NCBI GenBank assembly: GCA_045605285.1
Contig: JAZUPR010000019.1
Coordinates: 1 to 35,878 of the forward strand
Direction: 5' to 3'
Length of the DNA: 35,878 nucleotides
Origin: Clostridia bacterium
GTDB lineage: Bacteria > Bacillota > Clostridia > UMGS1810
Under the pieces are notes generated by a model. It saw nothing but the letters and a program-made list of their open reading frames with translations, was not told the origin of the DNA and did not search any database. Below are positions 26,076 through 35,743 of this stretch, piece after piece (position 1 is the first letter of the stretch; each line of letters opens with the position of its first letter). The position numbers and the translations under genes were made by a program.

Positions 26076-27779
26076 TTATCTGGAAAGAGTCAGCTCCTCT
26101 TCTTTTTCAAGTTCCCCATAAGCAATCTTTCCAACTTTCGTGGTAGGAAGCGACTCTCTGAACTCTATGTCGTAAGGCATAGCATATTTTGCAATATGCT
26201 TTCTGCAATGCTCCATAAGCTCTGACCTAAGTTCCTCTCCTGCCTCATAGTCTTTGTTAAGCACAACAAAGGCTTTTACTTTCTGAACTTTATGAGGGTC
26301 GGGAACACCAATTACACAGCTTAAAAGAACTGCATCGTGGTCGTTTATAATCTTTTCAAGTTGTGACGGATACACATTATATCCGCTGGTAACAATCATT
26401 CTCTTTATTCTCTGTTTAAAATAGACAAAGCCTTCTTCATCCATACTGCCAAGGTCTCCTGTGCGGAGCCAGAGGCGTTCATCAGGATGGGTTTCGAGAA
26501 CATTTTCTGTTTCTTCGGGGCGATTAAGGTAGCCTTTCATAACAGTAGGTCCGCTAATGCAGATTTCTCCCAATTGGCCATACTCTACCTCTTCGTTTGT
26601 TCCAAGAGCACATACTTTATAATATGTATCGGGGAATGGAATGCCAATGCTTCCTTCCTTTTCGTTAAAATACGGAGTAAGACAGCTGGCTGTAACACAC
26701 TCAGTAGTTCCATAACCCTCTCTTACATGAATTGCGGCTCCGTGCCTTTCAAGAAAAGCATCTATCTTTTTCTTTAAATCGGGAGCAAGAGAATCTCCGC
26801 CGGAGAATACGCCCTTTAAAAAGCTTAAATCCACTCCTTCAAGATACGGATTGGAAACTATTGCATCAAAAAGCGTGGGCACTCCTGCAATAAGATTTGG
26901 TTTTTGTTTTTTAATAAGATTTGCATAATCCTTAACATTAAATCGCGGTACAAGAATTGACCTTCCGCCCGCATAGAGCATAGTATGTATACAAACTCCG
27001 AGTCCAAATCCGTGGAAAGCAGGCATTGCAGCAAGCATACTCATATTTGCCACATCACAGTTACTCATTGAAATGGTCTGATATGCAAGAGCATTGAAAT
27101 TAAGGTTTGAAAGCTCTATACCCTTGGATGTACCTGTTGTGCCGCCTGAAAAGAGAATAACCGCAGTAGCATCTTTATCGGAAAAATTTTTATATTCACT
27201 CTCAAAAGCATCTCCTGCGCAAAGAAAATCTTTCCATTTAATAATGCTTGAATCATTTACTTTTTCAATTTTTCTGCCTGATGTGAGTCTGTATCCGACA
27301 GCTTTTACTGCGGAAAGCTCATCATCTATGCCTGAAACTATGATTTTCTGGAGACCACATTCGTCTTTTACATTCAAAACCTTCTTAGCAAACAAATCAA
27401 GAGTGACTAAGAATTTACTGCCTGTTTCATTTACAAAATGAACAATTTCTCCTTCTGCTGACAACGGGTGTATCATACTTGCTATAGCACCAATCATATT
27501 GAGAGCATAAAGACAATATACAGTCTGCGGAACATTTGGCATACAAACGGTCACATAATCACCTTTTTTTATGCCAACTGCTGCAAAAGATTTTGCAACT
27601 CTATGAATATTCTTTGACAAAAGTTCATAACTGATATTTCTTCCCATAAAAGAGAGTGCTGTTTTCTGAGGATTTTTTGATGCAACATCAATTATCTGCT
27701 GACTGATTGTCCACTCAGGATATTCAAGGTGTGATGGGACATCTCCGTAAGCGGGAGTCCATGGTGCTTTAATTTCCAT
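26076..27779 (-). CDS. AMP-forming acyl-CoA/acyl-AMP ligase (ANL superfamily), 567 aa
   Basis: AMP-binding core motifs FSGGTTGTSKG, EGYGTTE, TGDLG and the C-terminal K (TTKVGKI). Confidence 0.9.
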   Translation of the reverse strand: MEIKAPWTPAYGDVPSHLEYPEWTISQQIIDVASKNPQKTALSFMGRNISYELLSKNIHRVAKSFAAVGIKKGDYVTVCMPNVPQTVYCLYALNMIGAIASMIHPLSAEGEIVHFVNETGSKFLVTLDLFAKKVLNVKDECGLQKIIVSGIDDELSAVKAVGYRLTSGRKIEKVNDSSIIKWKDFLCAGDAFESEYKNFSDKDATAVILFSGGTTGTSKGIELSNLNFNALAYQTISMSNCDVANMSMLAAMPAFHGFGLGVCIHTMLYAGGRSILVPRFNVKDYANLIKKQKPNLIAGVPTLFDAIVSNPYLEGVDLSFLKGVFSGGDSLAPDLKKKIDAFLERHGAAIHVREGYGTTECVTASCLTPYFNEKEGSIGIPFPDTYYKVCALGTNEEVEYGQLGEICISGPTVMKGYLNRPEETENVLETHPDERLWLRTGDLGSMDEEGFVYFKQRIKRMIVTSGYNVYPSQLEKIINDHDAVLLSCVIGVPDPHKVQKVKAFVVLNKDYEAGEELRSELMEHCRKHIAKYAMPYDIEFRESLPTTKVGKIAYGELEKEEELTLSR

Positions 27780-27791
27780 ATCATAAATCTC

Positions 27792-28679
27792 CTATAATTC
27801 AACAGGTGCATCCACAGGCTCGTCGAGAATTTGTGGATTTGACAATATTTTCCTTAGTATCTTCATGGTATTTGAAAAATAATAACCGTCTGCAATTCTT
27901 TCATCAATAGTGAAAGCAAGGTCGAGGGCTTTTTTCATTTCGTAGGTTCCGTCTTCTTTGAAAAACGGTTTATACATCAACTCGCCAATGACAAGAAAAA
28001 TGGAGTTTGTTCCCCAGTTTGCCAGATGGTGATAATTTGCACTGAGCTTTATGCTGCCAAGGTTTGACACGAACACCGAAGTAGAATACGGATCAAGCGG
28101 TCTTAAAACCTTGGGAAGTCTTCCGTGCTCATTTAAATATGTAAGATATTTTGTAAGATATTTTAAAACAACGGGAGGAATTTTTGTAAGAATATTCATC
28201 ATGTCCGTTGTGTCGTCAACCATTTCTTCATTTCTTATTTTATATATATTTCCACATATAAAATCGTGAACCTGTGTAAGAGGTGAAACACCGCTCTCTC
28301 TATCAAGTTTAAATATAAGGAGTGACTCTCCGGCATTATCGCTGAATTTATTCTTTGCCGTAAAGGAGAATGAAATATCTTTTCTTTCATACATTCTTCC
28401 TGCAGCAAGGAACTGATTCATCTTTGGCCTTAAGTATACTGTCTTTGCCATAGCTGCCATTATAACGTGAAAAACAGTATATTTATACTGAGGATTTTCA
28501 CTATTCTTTTTTTCTACATATTCAAGAACAGGTGTCATATCAACAGTTTCATTCATAATGGCTTCATTATCTGTTCTGTTGGGAAGAAGATGCGCCATAA
28601 GGATATGCATTGAATCGACATCTTCTAGATAATATGCATCGTATCTGTCTCTGCGGTGTTTTTTTCTGTTGTTATCCAT
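27792..28679 (-). CDS. stand-alone 2-oxoacid-dehydrogenase-E2/CAT-fold acyltransferase-like protein, 295 aa
   Basis: The C-terminal LAFTIDERIADGYYFSNTM aligns with the E2 catalytic motif DHRxxDG but has Glu in place of His. No lipoyl or subunit-binding domains. Start set at ATG 28679 (GGAGGA upstream). Confidence 0.6.
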   Translation of the reverse strand: MDNNRKKHRRDRYDAYYLEDVDSMHILMAHLLPNRTDNEAIMNETVDMTPVLEYVEKKNSENPQYKYTVFHVIMAAMAKTVYLRPKMNQFLAAGRMYERKDISFSFTAKNKFSDNAGESLLIFKLDRESGVSPLTQVHDFICGNIYKIRNEEMVDDTTDMMNILTKIPPVVLKYLTKYLTYLNEHGRLPKVLRPLDPYSTSVFVSNLGSIKLSANYHHLANWGTNSIFLVIGELMYKPFFKEDGTYEMKKALDLAFTIDERIADGYYFSNTMKILRKILSNPQILDEPVDAPVEL

Positions 28680-28694
28680 TTTATCCTCCAAATA

Positions 28695-29588
28695 TTATTT
28701 CTTATCAGGCACTACAAGTGTGAGGGCTGAGGGAATAATCTTCATTTTAATTTCCGTACATCCGTCCATACGCTCTCCGTCAAGAGACCAGGACAGGCTT
28801 TCACTTGCAGTTATAACTGCTTCTGATGCAGAAATAAGTGTTACCATATCGTTATTATAGTCCCTGTTATTTGCCGAAAAAATGATAGTGTTAAGGTCTA
28901 TTAAATTCTTAGGGCTTTTTACTAAAAGTATTTCAAAAAGACCGTCTTTAAGGTCTACCACATCCTGACCAAATGCAGGAAATCCGCCGATAGATGTGGA
29001 GTTACATACAGCGCCGAAGATATAATCATCTTCGAACTCTTTATCTCCTATTTTAAACTTTATATGCTCCGCTCTTGTGGTAGGAAGGTCTTTCAATCCC
29101 TCAAGCACATAGGCAGTATGTCCAAGAAGATTTTTCTTGCTTTGAGATGTTGTATAGGATGCCTTTGTAAATGCTCCGAAAGATGCCACGTAAGAGAAAT
29201 ATCTGTCATTAAACATGCCCACATCTATTCCTGTTTCTTTTCCTGCCATTATATCCCTTGCAGCTTCAAGAGGTTTTTTGCTTATGCCGAGGCTGGTTGC
29301 AAAATCATTTGTACTGCCTGCAGGAATATATCCAAGAGGAGTTTTGAACCCCGATTCAAGTATTCCCTGAATGGTTTCATTAAATGTCCCGTCCCCTCCG
29401 ATACAGACTATCAGAGAAACGTCTTTGCCATATTTTTTTACATATTGCGTTGCATCTCCCACGCCCTCGGTAAGTTTTATCTTCACGTCATACCCGTGCC
29501 TTGAAAAAATTATTAATATATCTGTAAGGTACTTATTGGCACGTTTCATTCCCGAATTGGGATTTATTATGAGCAGCATTTTTTTCAC
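28695..29588 (-). CDS. diacylglycerol-kinase-family lipid kinase (YegS/DagK/BmrU type), about 297 aa
   Basis: KKMLLIINPNSG N-terminus, GGDGT motif (VCIGGDGTFNE) and PAGSTNDFA. The start is ambiguous. The ATG at 29597 abuts AGGAG with no spacer, so the GTG at 29588 (9-nt spacer) is preferred. Confidence 0.85.
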   Translation of the reverse strand: MKKMLLIINPNSGMKRANKYLTDILIIFSRHGYDVKIKLTEGVGDATQYVKKYGKDVSLIVCIGGDGTFNETIQGILESGFKTPLGYIPAGSTNDFATSLGISKKPLEAARDIMAGKETGIDVGMFNDRYFSYVASFGAFTKASYTTSQSKKNLLGHTAYVLEGLKDLPTTRAEHIKFKIGDKEFEDDYIFGAVCNSTSIGGFPAFGQDVVDLKDGLFEILLVKSPKNLIDLNTIIFSANNRDYNNDMVTLISASEAVITASESLSWSLDGERMDGCTEIKMKIIPSALTLVVPDKK

Positions 29589-29620
29589 AGTTATCATCTC
29601 CTGATTGAAAGAGCAAAAAA

Positions 29621-30307
29621 TCAGACATCTATTGCATCTATTCCCGGTATTTCATAAATAAGGCTGACTATCTGAGACAGGCTCTCACCTTTTAATGTCC
29701 TGACGGTAAGGTCTGCCACGATTTTATTATCTTCATCCTTTAAAATTTTGGTTTCAAGTACGGTAAGATTGTTTTCATTCAAATAATCTACAATCGATTT
29801 TATAGTCTCCCCGTTATTTGACATTTTTATGCTAATCTCACGGGTAGACATATTTTCAGAAAGAGGAAGCCAATGATGAAGCATAAGCTGAACCACCAAT
29901 ATTATTAACGCTGTGCATACTCCCACTATGTAAAGTCCAGAGCCGATACACATACCTACTGCGGCTGTTGCCCATATACCTGCTGCGGTTGTGAGACCGC
30001 TGACAGCACCGCCACGAAGAAAGATTACTCCCGCACCCAAAAAGCTGACTCCTGTGACAATATTTGATGCAATTCTTGATGCATCAACCTTCATTGATTC
30101 AATGGCAGGAATATCTGCAAATCCGTATTTTGATATAATCATTATAAGAGCAGAACCTATGGCAACAATCATGTGAGTTCTAAGACCTGCTTCTTTTTGT
30201 CTTTTGCTTCTTTCAGAGCCTATAAGTGCTCCGCAAAAACCTGCTATTAATATTCTAAGTAAGCATCCTATAACTGAAAGATGCCCTGGTACAACCCAAA
30301 AACTCAA
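29621..30307 (-). CDS. MgtC/SapB-family membrane protein, 228 aa
   Basis: LRILIAGFCGALIGSERSKRQKEAGLRTHMIVAIGSAL is the MgtC-family N-terminal signature. Four to five TM helices plus a soluble ACT-like C-terminal domain. TTG start with AGGAG upstream. Confidence 0.85.
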   Translation of the reverse strand: MSFWVVPGHLSVIGCLLRILIAGFCGALIGSERSKRQKEAGLRTHMIVAIGSALIMIISKYGFADIPAIESMKVDASRIASNIVTGVSFLGAGVIFLRGGAVSGLTTAAGIWATAAVGMCIGSGLYIVGVCTALIILVVQLMLHHWLPLSENMSTREISIKMSNNGETIKSIVDYLNENNLTVLETKILKDEDNKIVADLTVRTLKGESLSQIVSLIYEIPGIDAIDV

Positions 30308-30327
30308 AACTTTTCAACTCCTAAAAT

Positions 30328-31512
30328 TTATTCATACAAAACCCTGATAGCAGTCTTAAGCTGAATATCCTGATCATAGGTAAGCTCTGATACCGATTTT
30401 CCAAGAAGGCTTTCGTCAAGAGACACCTCCATATCAGGCTTTATACCTACTTTATCTATACACTCTCCGCTTGGAGTATAATATTTTGCAGTAGTAAGCT
30501 TGAATGCTGAATTGTCGGGAAATTCTACAAGAGACTGAACAAGCCCTTTGCCAAAAGTTTTTTTGCCTACAAGTTTACCGCGTTTTAAATCTCTTATTGC
30601 ACCCGAGAGAACCTCTGAGGCACTTGCGCTTTCTTCATTTACAATTACACAAAGGGGAATATTGATATAGCTTTCGTCGGAAGAATATTTTGTTTCATTT
30701 CCCTTTTTATCCTTAATGGTAAGGATAGTGCCCTCGGGTAAGAGCTCATCTGCAATATTAACTACTGACCCAAGCATTCCGCCCGGATTATTTCTAAGGT
30801 CTAAAACAAGACCGTTTATTTTCTGATTGGTAAGGCTATCAATATGTGACATAAACTCTTTATAGGTCTTTGGCCCAAAATCTGTAATTCTTATATAGCC
30901 TGTATTTGAATTGATTACTCTGGAATAAACTGTATCTACAGAAACTGTTTCACGAATGAGGGTGATATCTTTTTTCTCTCCGTTATGCATGACGGTGACA
31001 ACAACATCGTTATCTCCTTTTTCTGCATACATACCCTTGATTTTATTTATTGATTCCTGATAGTTTTCTCCGTTTGCGACCTCGCCGTCAACAGCTACGA
31101 TAACATCTCCGACTTGTATGCCCGCTTTCTTGGCAGGGGTATTTTCAAAGACAGACGTAATTCTTATGTCATTTCCTTCAATGACAACTTCAACACCTAT
31201 TCCCTGATAATCACTGCCCATGCTCTCAAGCATTGCAGAGTAGTTTTTTTCATCGATATATACGGTGTACGGGTCGCCAAGGCTTTCGGCATAATATGAG
31301 AGTGCTGCATTTTCCGCTTTTTTCTTATCATACTCATTTATATATGAGTCTTCAATAAGGCTCTCTATTTTGCCTATTTTCTGACTGAATGTCATATCTC
31401 CTGACATAGAGGTTATTGTGTTATATATTTTTTCTCCCAAGGGAGTGAGATAAAATGCTGTTGTCAATATGACAGTGACAACAGCAGTTGTAAACATCTT
31501 TTTGTTGTTCAT
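30328..31512 (-). CDS. S41-family C-terminal processing peptidase (CtpA/CtpB-like), 394 aa
   Basis: N-terminal anchor, PDZ-like region (GIGVEV...PAKKAGIQVGDVIVAVDG), catalytic Ser box NEESASASE and Lys box GKKTFGKG. Start set at ATG 31512. Confidence 0.9.
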   Translation of the reverse strand: MNNKKMFTTAVVTVILTTAFYLTPLGEKIYNTITSMSGDMTFSQKIGKIESLIEDSYINEYDKKKAENAALSYYAESLGDPYTVYIDEKNYSAMLESMGSDYQGIGVEVVIEGNDIRITSVFENTPAKKAGIQVGDVIVAVDGEVANGENYQESINKIKGMYAEKGDNDVVVTVMHNGEKKDITLIRETVSVDTVYSRVINSNTGYIRITDFGPKTYKEFMSHIDSLTNQKINGLVLDLRNNPGGMLGSVVNIADELLPEGTILTIKDKKGNETKYSSDESYINIPLCVIVNEESASASEVLSGAIRDLKRGKLVGKKTFGKGLVQSLVEFPDNSAFKLTTAKYYTPSGECIDKVGIKPDMEVSLDESLLGKSVSELTYDQDIQLKTAIRVLYE

Positions 31513-31558
31513 AAAATATGCATCTCCAACATAATGCAGCGTTTGCTGCAAAAAATTA

Positions 31559-32710
31559 TTATGGCAAATATTGCTGTGGATTTGTATGTGCTCCGTTTAT
31601 AAGAACTTCAAAATGAAGGTGGGGTCCTGTGGACATACCTGTGGAGCCTACCTTGGCAATAAGTTCGCCCTGAGCTACGGTCTGACCTACAGACACACAA
31701 AGTCTGCTGGCGTGCGCATACAAGGTGCTGACGCCGCTGCCGTGGCTTATAACAACATAGTTACCATAACCGCCTGCGTTATAACCTGCAACGATTACCT
31801 CGCCTGCTGCTGCCGCAACAATATTGGAGCCGTGAGGTGAGCCTATATCTATGCCTGTATGCTGACGGAGTTTGCCTGTGACAGGGTGAACTCTCATATA
31901 ATACGGGCTTGTTACAGGGCCTGATGACGGCCATATCATACTGCCACTATATTTACCTGAGTATGAGCTTCTATTAGCAAGTCTGTTTATCTCAGCTCTT
32001 GCATTTGCCTCTGCTCTTTCCTGCTCTTCAAGAGCCTTTTTATAAGAGCTCTGGTCTGCCATGAGGCTATCTATAAGTCTCTGGCTTTCTGCTCTCTTTG
32101 CTGAAAGAGCGCTCATCTGGGCGTCTTCATCTTTTTTAAGCGCTACGAGGGCATCTTTTTCTTTAACAAGTTCTTCTTTTAAATCAGCAATCTTTTTTTC
32201 TATGGCTTTTAGCTCATCGAGCTTATTGCTGTCGTATTTTACAATCTGCTTTACAACAGACAATCTGGAAAGCAAATCGCCAAAGGATTTTGAATTAAGC
32301 AGTATTTCAAGATATGTTACAGAGCCTCTTTCCACCATCATTTTTGCACGGTGAAGATATGCATCATATTGCTCCTTGCTGTTTTTCTCGGCAACATCAA
32401 GCTCATTTTGTTGTTTTTCTATTTTCTCGTTTGAGACTCTTATTTTAGAATTAAGACTATCTATTTTTTCCTGAACCTTACTTATTTCTGAATCAATAGC
32501 CTGTCTCTTTTTATTATTATCGCTTATTTTGCCCTGAGTGGCATTGATTTTATCTTTAAGTTCTTTTTGCTGCCTCTGCGCCTGTTCGAGCTTTGACTGA
32601 GCAGACTGCGCACTTGCACCTGTTGGCAGGAAAGTTATCAATGATGTGGCCAGGAAAGCGATGAGTGCAATGATTGCAAAAACTCTGACAAAAACATTAT
32701 TCTTCTTCAA
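31559..32710 (-). CDS. coiled-coil M23-family metallopeptidase (EnvC/PcsB-like FtsEX partner), about 383 aa
   Basis: Signal/anchor, a coiled-coil of about 230 aa, then the M23 motifs HTGIDIG (HxxxD) and GPHLHFE (HxH). The start is ambiguous. The TTG at 32710 has GGAGGG 7 nt upstream; the track start is the TTG at 32737. Confidence 0.85.
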   Translation of the reverse strand: MKKNNVFVRVFAIIALIAFLATSLITFLPTGASAQSAQSKLEQAQRQQKELKDKINATQGKISDNNKKRQAIDSEISKVQEKIDSLNSKIRVSNEKIEKQQNELDVAEKNSKEQYDAYLHRAKMMVERGSVTYLEILLNSKSFGDLLSRLSVVKQIVKYDSNKLDELKAIEKKIADLKEELVKEKDALVALKKDEDAQMSALSAKRAESQRLIDSLMADQSSYKKALEEQERAEANARAEINRLANRSSYSGKYSGSMIWPSSGPVTSPYYMRVHPVTGKLRQHTGIDIGSPHGSNIVAAAAGEVIVAGYNAGGYGNYVVISHGSGVSTLYAHASRLCVSVGQTVAQGELIAKVGSTGMSTGPHLHFEVLINGAHTNPQQYLP

Positions 32711-32737
32711 AATTCTGACCCTCCGTAAATTATTCAA

Positions 32738-33637
32738 TCAAACCCTAAGGTATCTTCTTACAGCAATTGCACTTCCAAATGCTCCGATGAATGAGCCAAG
32801 AAGCAGATATGAAACGAGAATTGTGTTCCATATATCACCAAATGACAAAAGCTGAAGTATGGAGCTTATGGATGAGTTATTGTCTATAACCGACATAACT
32901 CCCATATAAGCTACCTGTGTGATGAAAAATGATATGACAGCGGCTACGCATCCCACCATAACACCTTCTATAATAAAAGGCCAACGAATGTAGGCATCGG
33001 TAGCTCCTACGTATTTCATAATATTTATTTCTCTGCCTCGGCTGTGAACTGCAAGTTTGATAGTATTTGAAATGATAAACAAGCTGATAATGGCAAAAAT
33101 GATTATAATCCACACAGACACATGTCTTATAAGCTGTGTGACACTATTTACAAGGCTTACAATATCCTGTTTATTCTCTACTCTTTCAACACCCGGAATG
33201 GCTTCTATTTTATCGGAAATGTCAGAAGATGTGTTGATATCTTTAAGCGTAATTTTAAATGAATCGGAAATTAAATCAGCTGGAAGCCCGTTAAAAGCTG
33301 CCAGTTCATCCTCATCCAATCCCTCTTTGAAATCGGCAAAGGTTTTTTCTCCTGTTTCAAAGCTGATTTCTTTTATTTCTTCTATTTGCTTTATCTGGTT
33401 TGAAATATTTTGTATTTGTCCACCGTATTTAGCCTCGTTTGTCACATAAGCCTGTATCTGACATTGATTTGCCAGTTCCTGCCCTAAATGATTTATATTC
33501 ATTGTGAGCACAATAAATACTCCGAATATAAACAGACAAGAGGTTACAACAAAGAGTGATGCAATTGTCATCAATCCGTTTTTTGCAAGACCTGAACAAG
33601 CCTCGGTCATAAATCTTTTAAACATTCTAATCGACAT
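32738..33637 (-). CDS. ftsX: cell-division ABC transporter permease FtsX, 299 aa
   Basis: FtsX topology: TM1, a large extracellular loop, then three C-terminal TMs. It lies directly downstream of ftsE, and ATG 33637 (AAGGTGGG RBS) overlaps the ftsE 3' end. Confidence 0.85.
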   Translation of the reverse strand: MSIRMFKRFMTEACSGLAKNGLMTIASLFVVTSCLFIFGVFIVLTMNINHLGQELANQCQIQAYVTNEAKYGGQIQNISNQIKQIEEIKEISFETGEKTFADFKEGLDEDELAAFNGLPADLISDSFKITLKDINTSSDISDKIEAIPGVERVENKQDIVSLVNSVTQLIRHVSVWIIIIFAIISLFIISNTIKLAVHSRGREINIMKYVGATDAYIRWPFIIEGVMVGCVAAVISFFITQVAYMGVMSVIDNNSSISSILQLLSFGDIWNTILVSYLLLGSFIGAFGSAIAVRRYLRV

Positions 33638-34313
33638 AGCTATACCCACCTTTTTTCTCGTCGTGAGCTATGTGACCGTGTTCAACGGAAATAACTCTTT
33701 TTTGCATACTGTCTACTATTTTTTCAGCATGAGTTGCCATAACAATAGTAGTACCGCGACGGTTTATGGCTTCCATAATATCAACAATTTCAAGAGCTGT
33801 CTCTGGGTCAAGGTTTCCGGTTGGCTCATCGGCAATGAGAACTGCCGGATTGTTTACTATGGCACGGGCAATAGCTACCCTCTGCTGCTCTCCGCCTGAA
33901 AGCTGATGAGGATACATTTTTGCTTTATGATTAAGTCCTACCATACTGAGAACAGCAGGAACATTTTTTCTTATTTCTCTGGCTGATGCTCCCACAATTT
34001 CCATTGCATATGCTACATTTTCCTGTGCAGTCTTATTAGGCAGGAGTCTGAAATCCTGAAACACAACACCAAGAGTTCTTCTAAAATAAGGAATATCCTT
34101 TCTTCTTAAATCACCAAGGTCAATTCCGTTTATAAATATATTTCCTGATGAATGGTCAAGCTCTTTCATCATAAGTTTTATTATGGTTGATTTTCCTGCG
34201 GCACTGCTTCCCACAAGAAAAACAAATTCACCTTTTTCTATATGAAATGATATATCGGTAAGGGCTGTAAAGCCATTGTCATAGGTTTTTGACACCTTAT
34301 CAAAAATTATCAT
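33627..34313 (-). CDS. ftsE: cell-division ATP-binding protein FtsE, 228 aa
   Basis: Walker A GSSAAGKST, signature LSGGEQQRVAIARA, Walker B LIADEPTGNLD. Size and ftsX linkage are typical. Confidence 0.9.
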   Translation of the reverse strand: MIIFDKVSKTYDNGFTALTDISFHIEKGEFVFLVGSSAAGKSTIIKLMMKELDHSSGNIFINGIDLGDLRRKDIPYFRRTLGVVFQDFRLLPNKTAQENVAYAMEIVGASAREIRKNVPAVLSMVGLNHKAKMYPHQLSGGEQQRVAIARAIVNNPAVLIADEPTGNLDPETALEIVDIMEAINRRGTTIVMATHAEKIVDSMQKRVISVEHGHIAHDEKKGGYSYVD

Positions 34314-34384
34314 CAGTATAACACCACCTTAATCTTTAAACGCAAATTAAGGATTTTTATACAAAATCCTTAATTTCCCTTTTA

Positions 34385-35470
34385 TTATAATTTTGTAGAA
34401 TTGGACATAAGATACTTGTTTACCATCATGGCAACTTTAAAAATAAGAGCCTGGTCAAATTCTCGAAGGTCAAGTCCTGTAATTTTCTGAATTTTGTCGA
34501 GCCTGTAAACAAGAGTGTTTCTGTGAACATAAAGCTGTCTTGATGTTTCAGAAACATTGAGATTATTTTCAAAGAATTTCTGGATTGTGTATATAATCTC
34601 CTGGTCAAGTTCATCTATAGAGCCTCTTTTAAACACTTCTGAAAGGAAGAGATTGCAAAGAGTGGTAGGAAGCTGATATATAAGTCTTCCTATACCAAGG
34701 TCCTCATAGCTAAGAATAGATTTTTCATCTTCAAAAACCTTGCCCACTTCAAGAGCCACTCTTGCCTCTTTATAAGAACGGGCAATATCTTTGATGTTGT
34801 TTACAACTGTGCCAATACCTATAGTTGCCTTTGCCATAACTTCTGAGTTAATAGTATTGCAAATCTCTTTTGCCATTTTCTGAAGGTCGGCAAGGGCAGG
34901 CTCATCTTCAAGCTCCTTGACAAGTGCAACGTCATTTTCATCTATATTAACTATAAAGTCATTTTGCTTATTGGGATACATGCTCTCTATAAGCTCAAGC
35001 ACGGAAAAATCGGTTACCTTATCTGTCTGAATTAAAAATACGACTCTCTTTTCATCTGCTCCTATATGAAGCTCTGCTGCCTTGGCAAGAACATCTCCAG
35101 GGAGAATATTATCGAGAAGAAAATTCTTTATAAAGTTAAGCTTATCGTACTTATCGTCATAAAGAGACTTCACGGAAGAAAAGCTTACGTCAAGAATGTC
35201 TATATAATTTCTTGCAACAGCATCATCACCCTTTACAAAAATTATATATGACACTTTTCCCATTGCAGTAACAGGTTTATATGTAAAACCATTGTAAGTA
35301 AAAATATCTGTATTATCCTCGGTAAAAGACAGTACACACTCCAAGTCATTTGAGCTTATGCAATTTTCATTTGAGGACACAACAAATCCACCGTCGGCTA
35401 TAATACCCAAATCACGGTTCATTACATCTTTCATACGGTGAGTTATTTGCTGAAAAAATCTAACATTCAT
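34385..35470 (-). CDS. PucR/CdaR-family transcriptional regulator, 361 aa
   Basis: C-terminal PucR-type HTH (NVSETSRQLYVHRNTLVYRLDKIQKITGLDL) preceded by a GGDEF-like/CdaR-type sensor region. Start set at ATG 35470 with GAGGTG 6 nt upstream. Confidence 0.8.
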   Translation of the reverse strand: MNVRFFQQITHRMKDVMNRDLGIIADGGFVVSSNENCISSNDLECVLSFTEDNTDIFTYNGFTYKPVTAMGKVSYIIFVKGDDAVARNYIDILDVSFSSVKSLYDDKYDKLNFIKNFLLDNILPGDVLAKAAELHIGADEKRVVFLIQTDKVTDFSVLELIESMYPNKQNDFIVNIDENDVALVKELEDEPALADLQKMAKEICNTINSEVMAKATIGIGTVVNNIKDIARSYKEARVALEVGKVFEDEKSILSYEDLGIGRLIYQLPTTLCNLFLSEVFKRGSIDELDQEIIYTIQKFFENNLNVSETSRQLYVHRNTLVYRLDKIQKITGLDLREFDQALIFKVAMMVNKYLMSNSTKL

Positions 35471-35743
35471 AAATGCCACCTCATCTTAAATAGTATAAAT
35501 ATACAAAATAATTATAATATTTTTATGATAATTTTGCAAGAATACCACGAAATCTTAAAACAATACTGTTTATTTTGTATATTTCTGTGTTATTTTTACA
35601 TATTTTTTTGTATATACCTTACAATAATTTTTAGCGTGAATATATATATAAATGTTAACAATATATGAACAGGTTTTAAAAATATCTCCTTCCAAATTAC
35701 TAGAAGAAGATTAAATCCATAAAAGCAAAAGAGCAGAAATACA

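Noticed and set aside
35438-35668. 76-aa plus-strand ORF upstream of the PucR-like gene
   Set aside because: It sits in extremely AT-rich promoter-like DNA. The translation is dominated by Ile/Phe/Asn/Tyr/Leu, there is no RBS, and it overlaps the regulator's start region.
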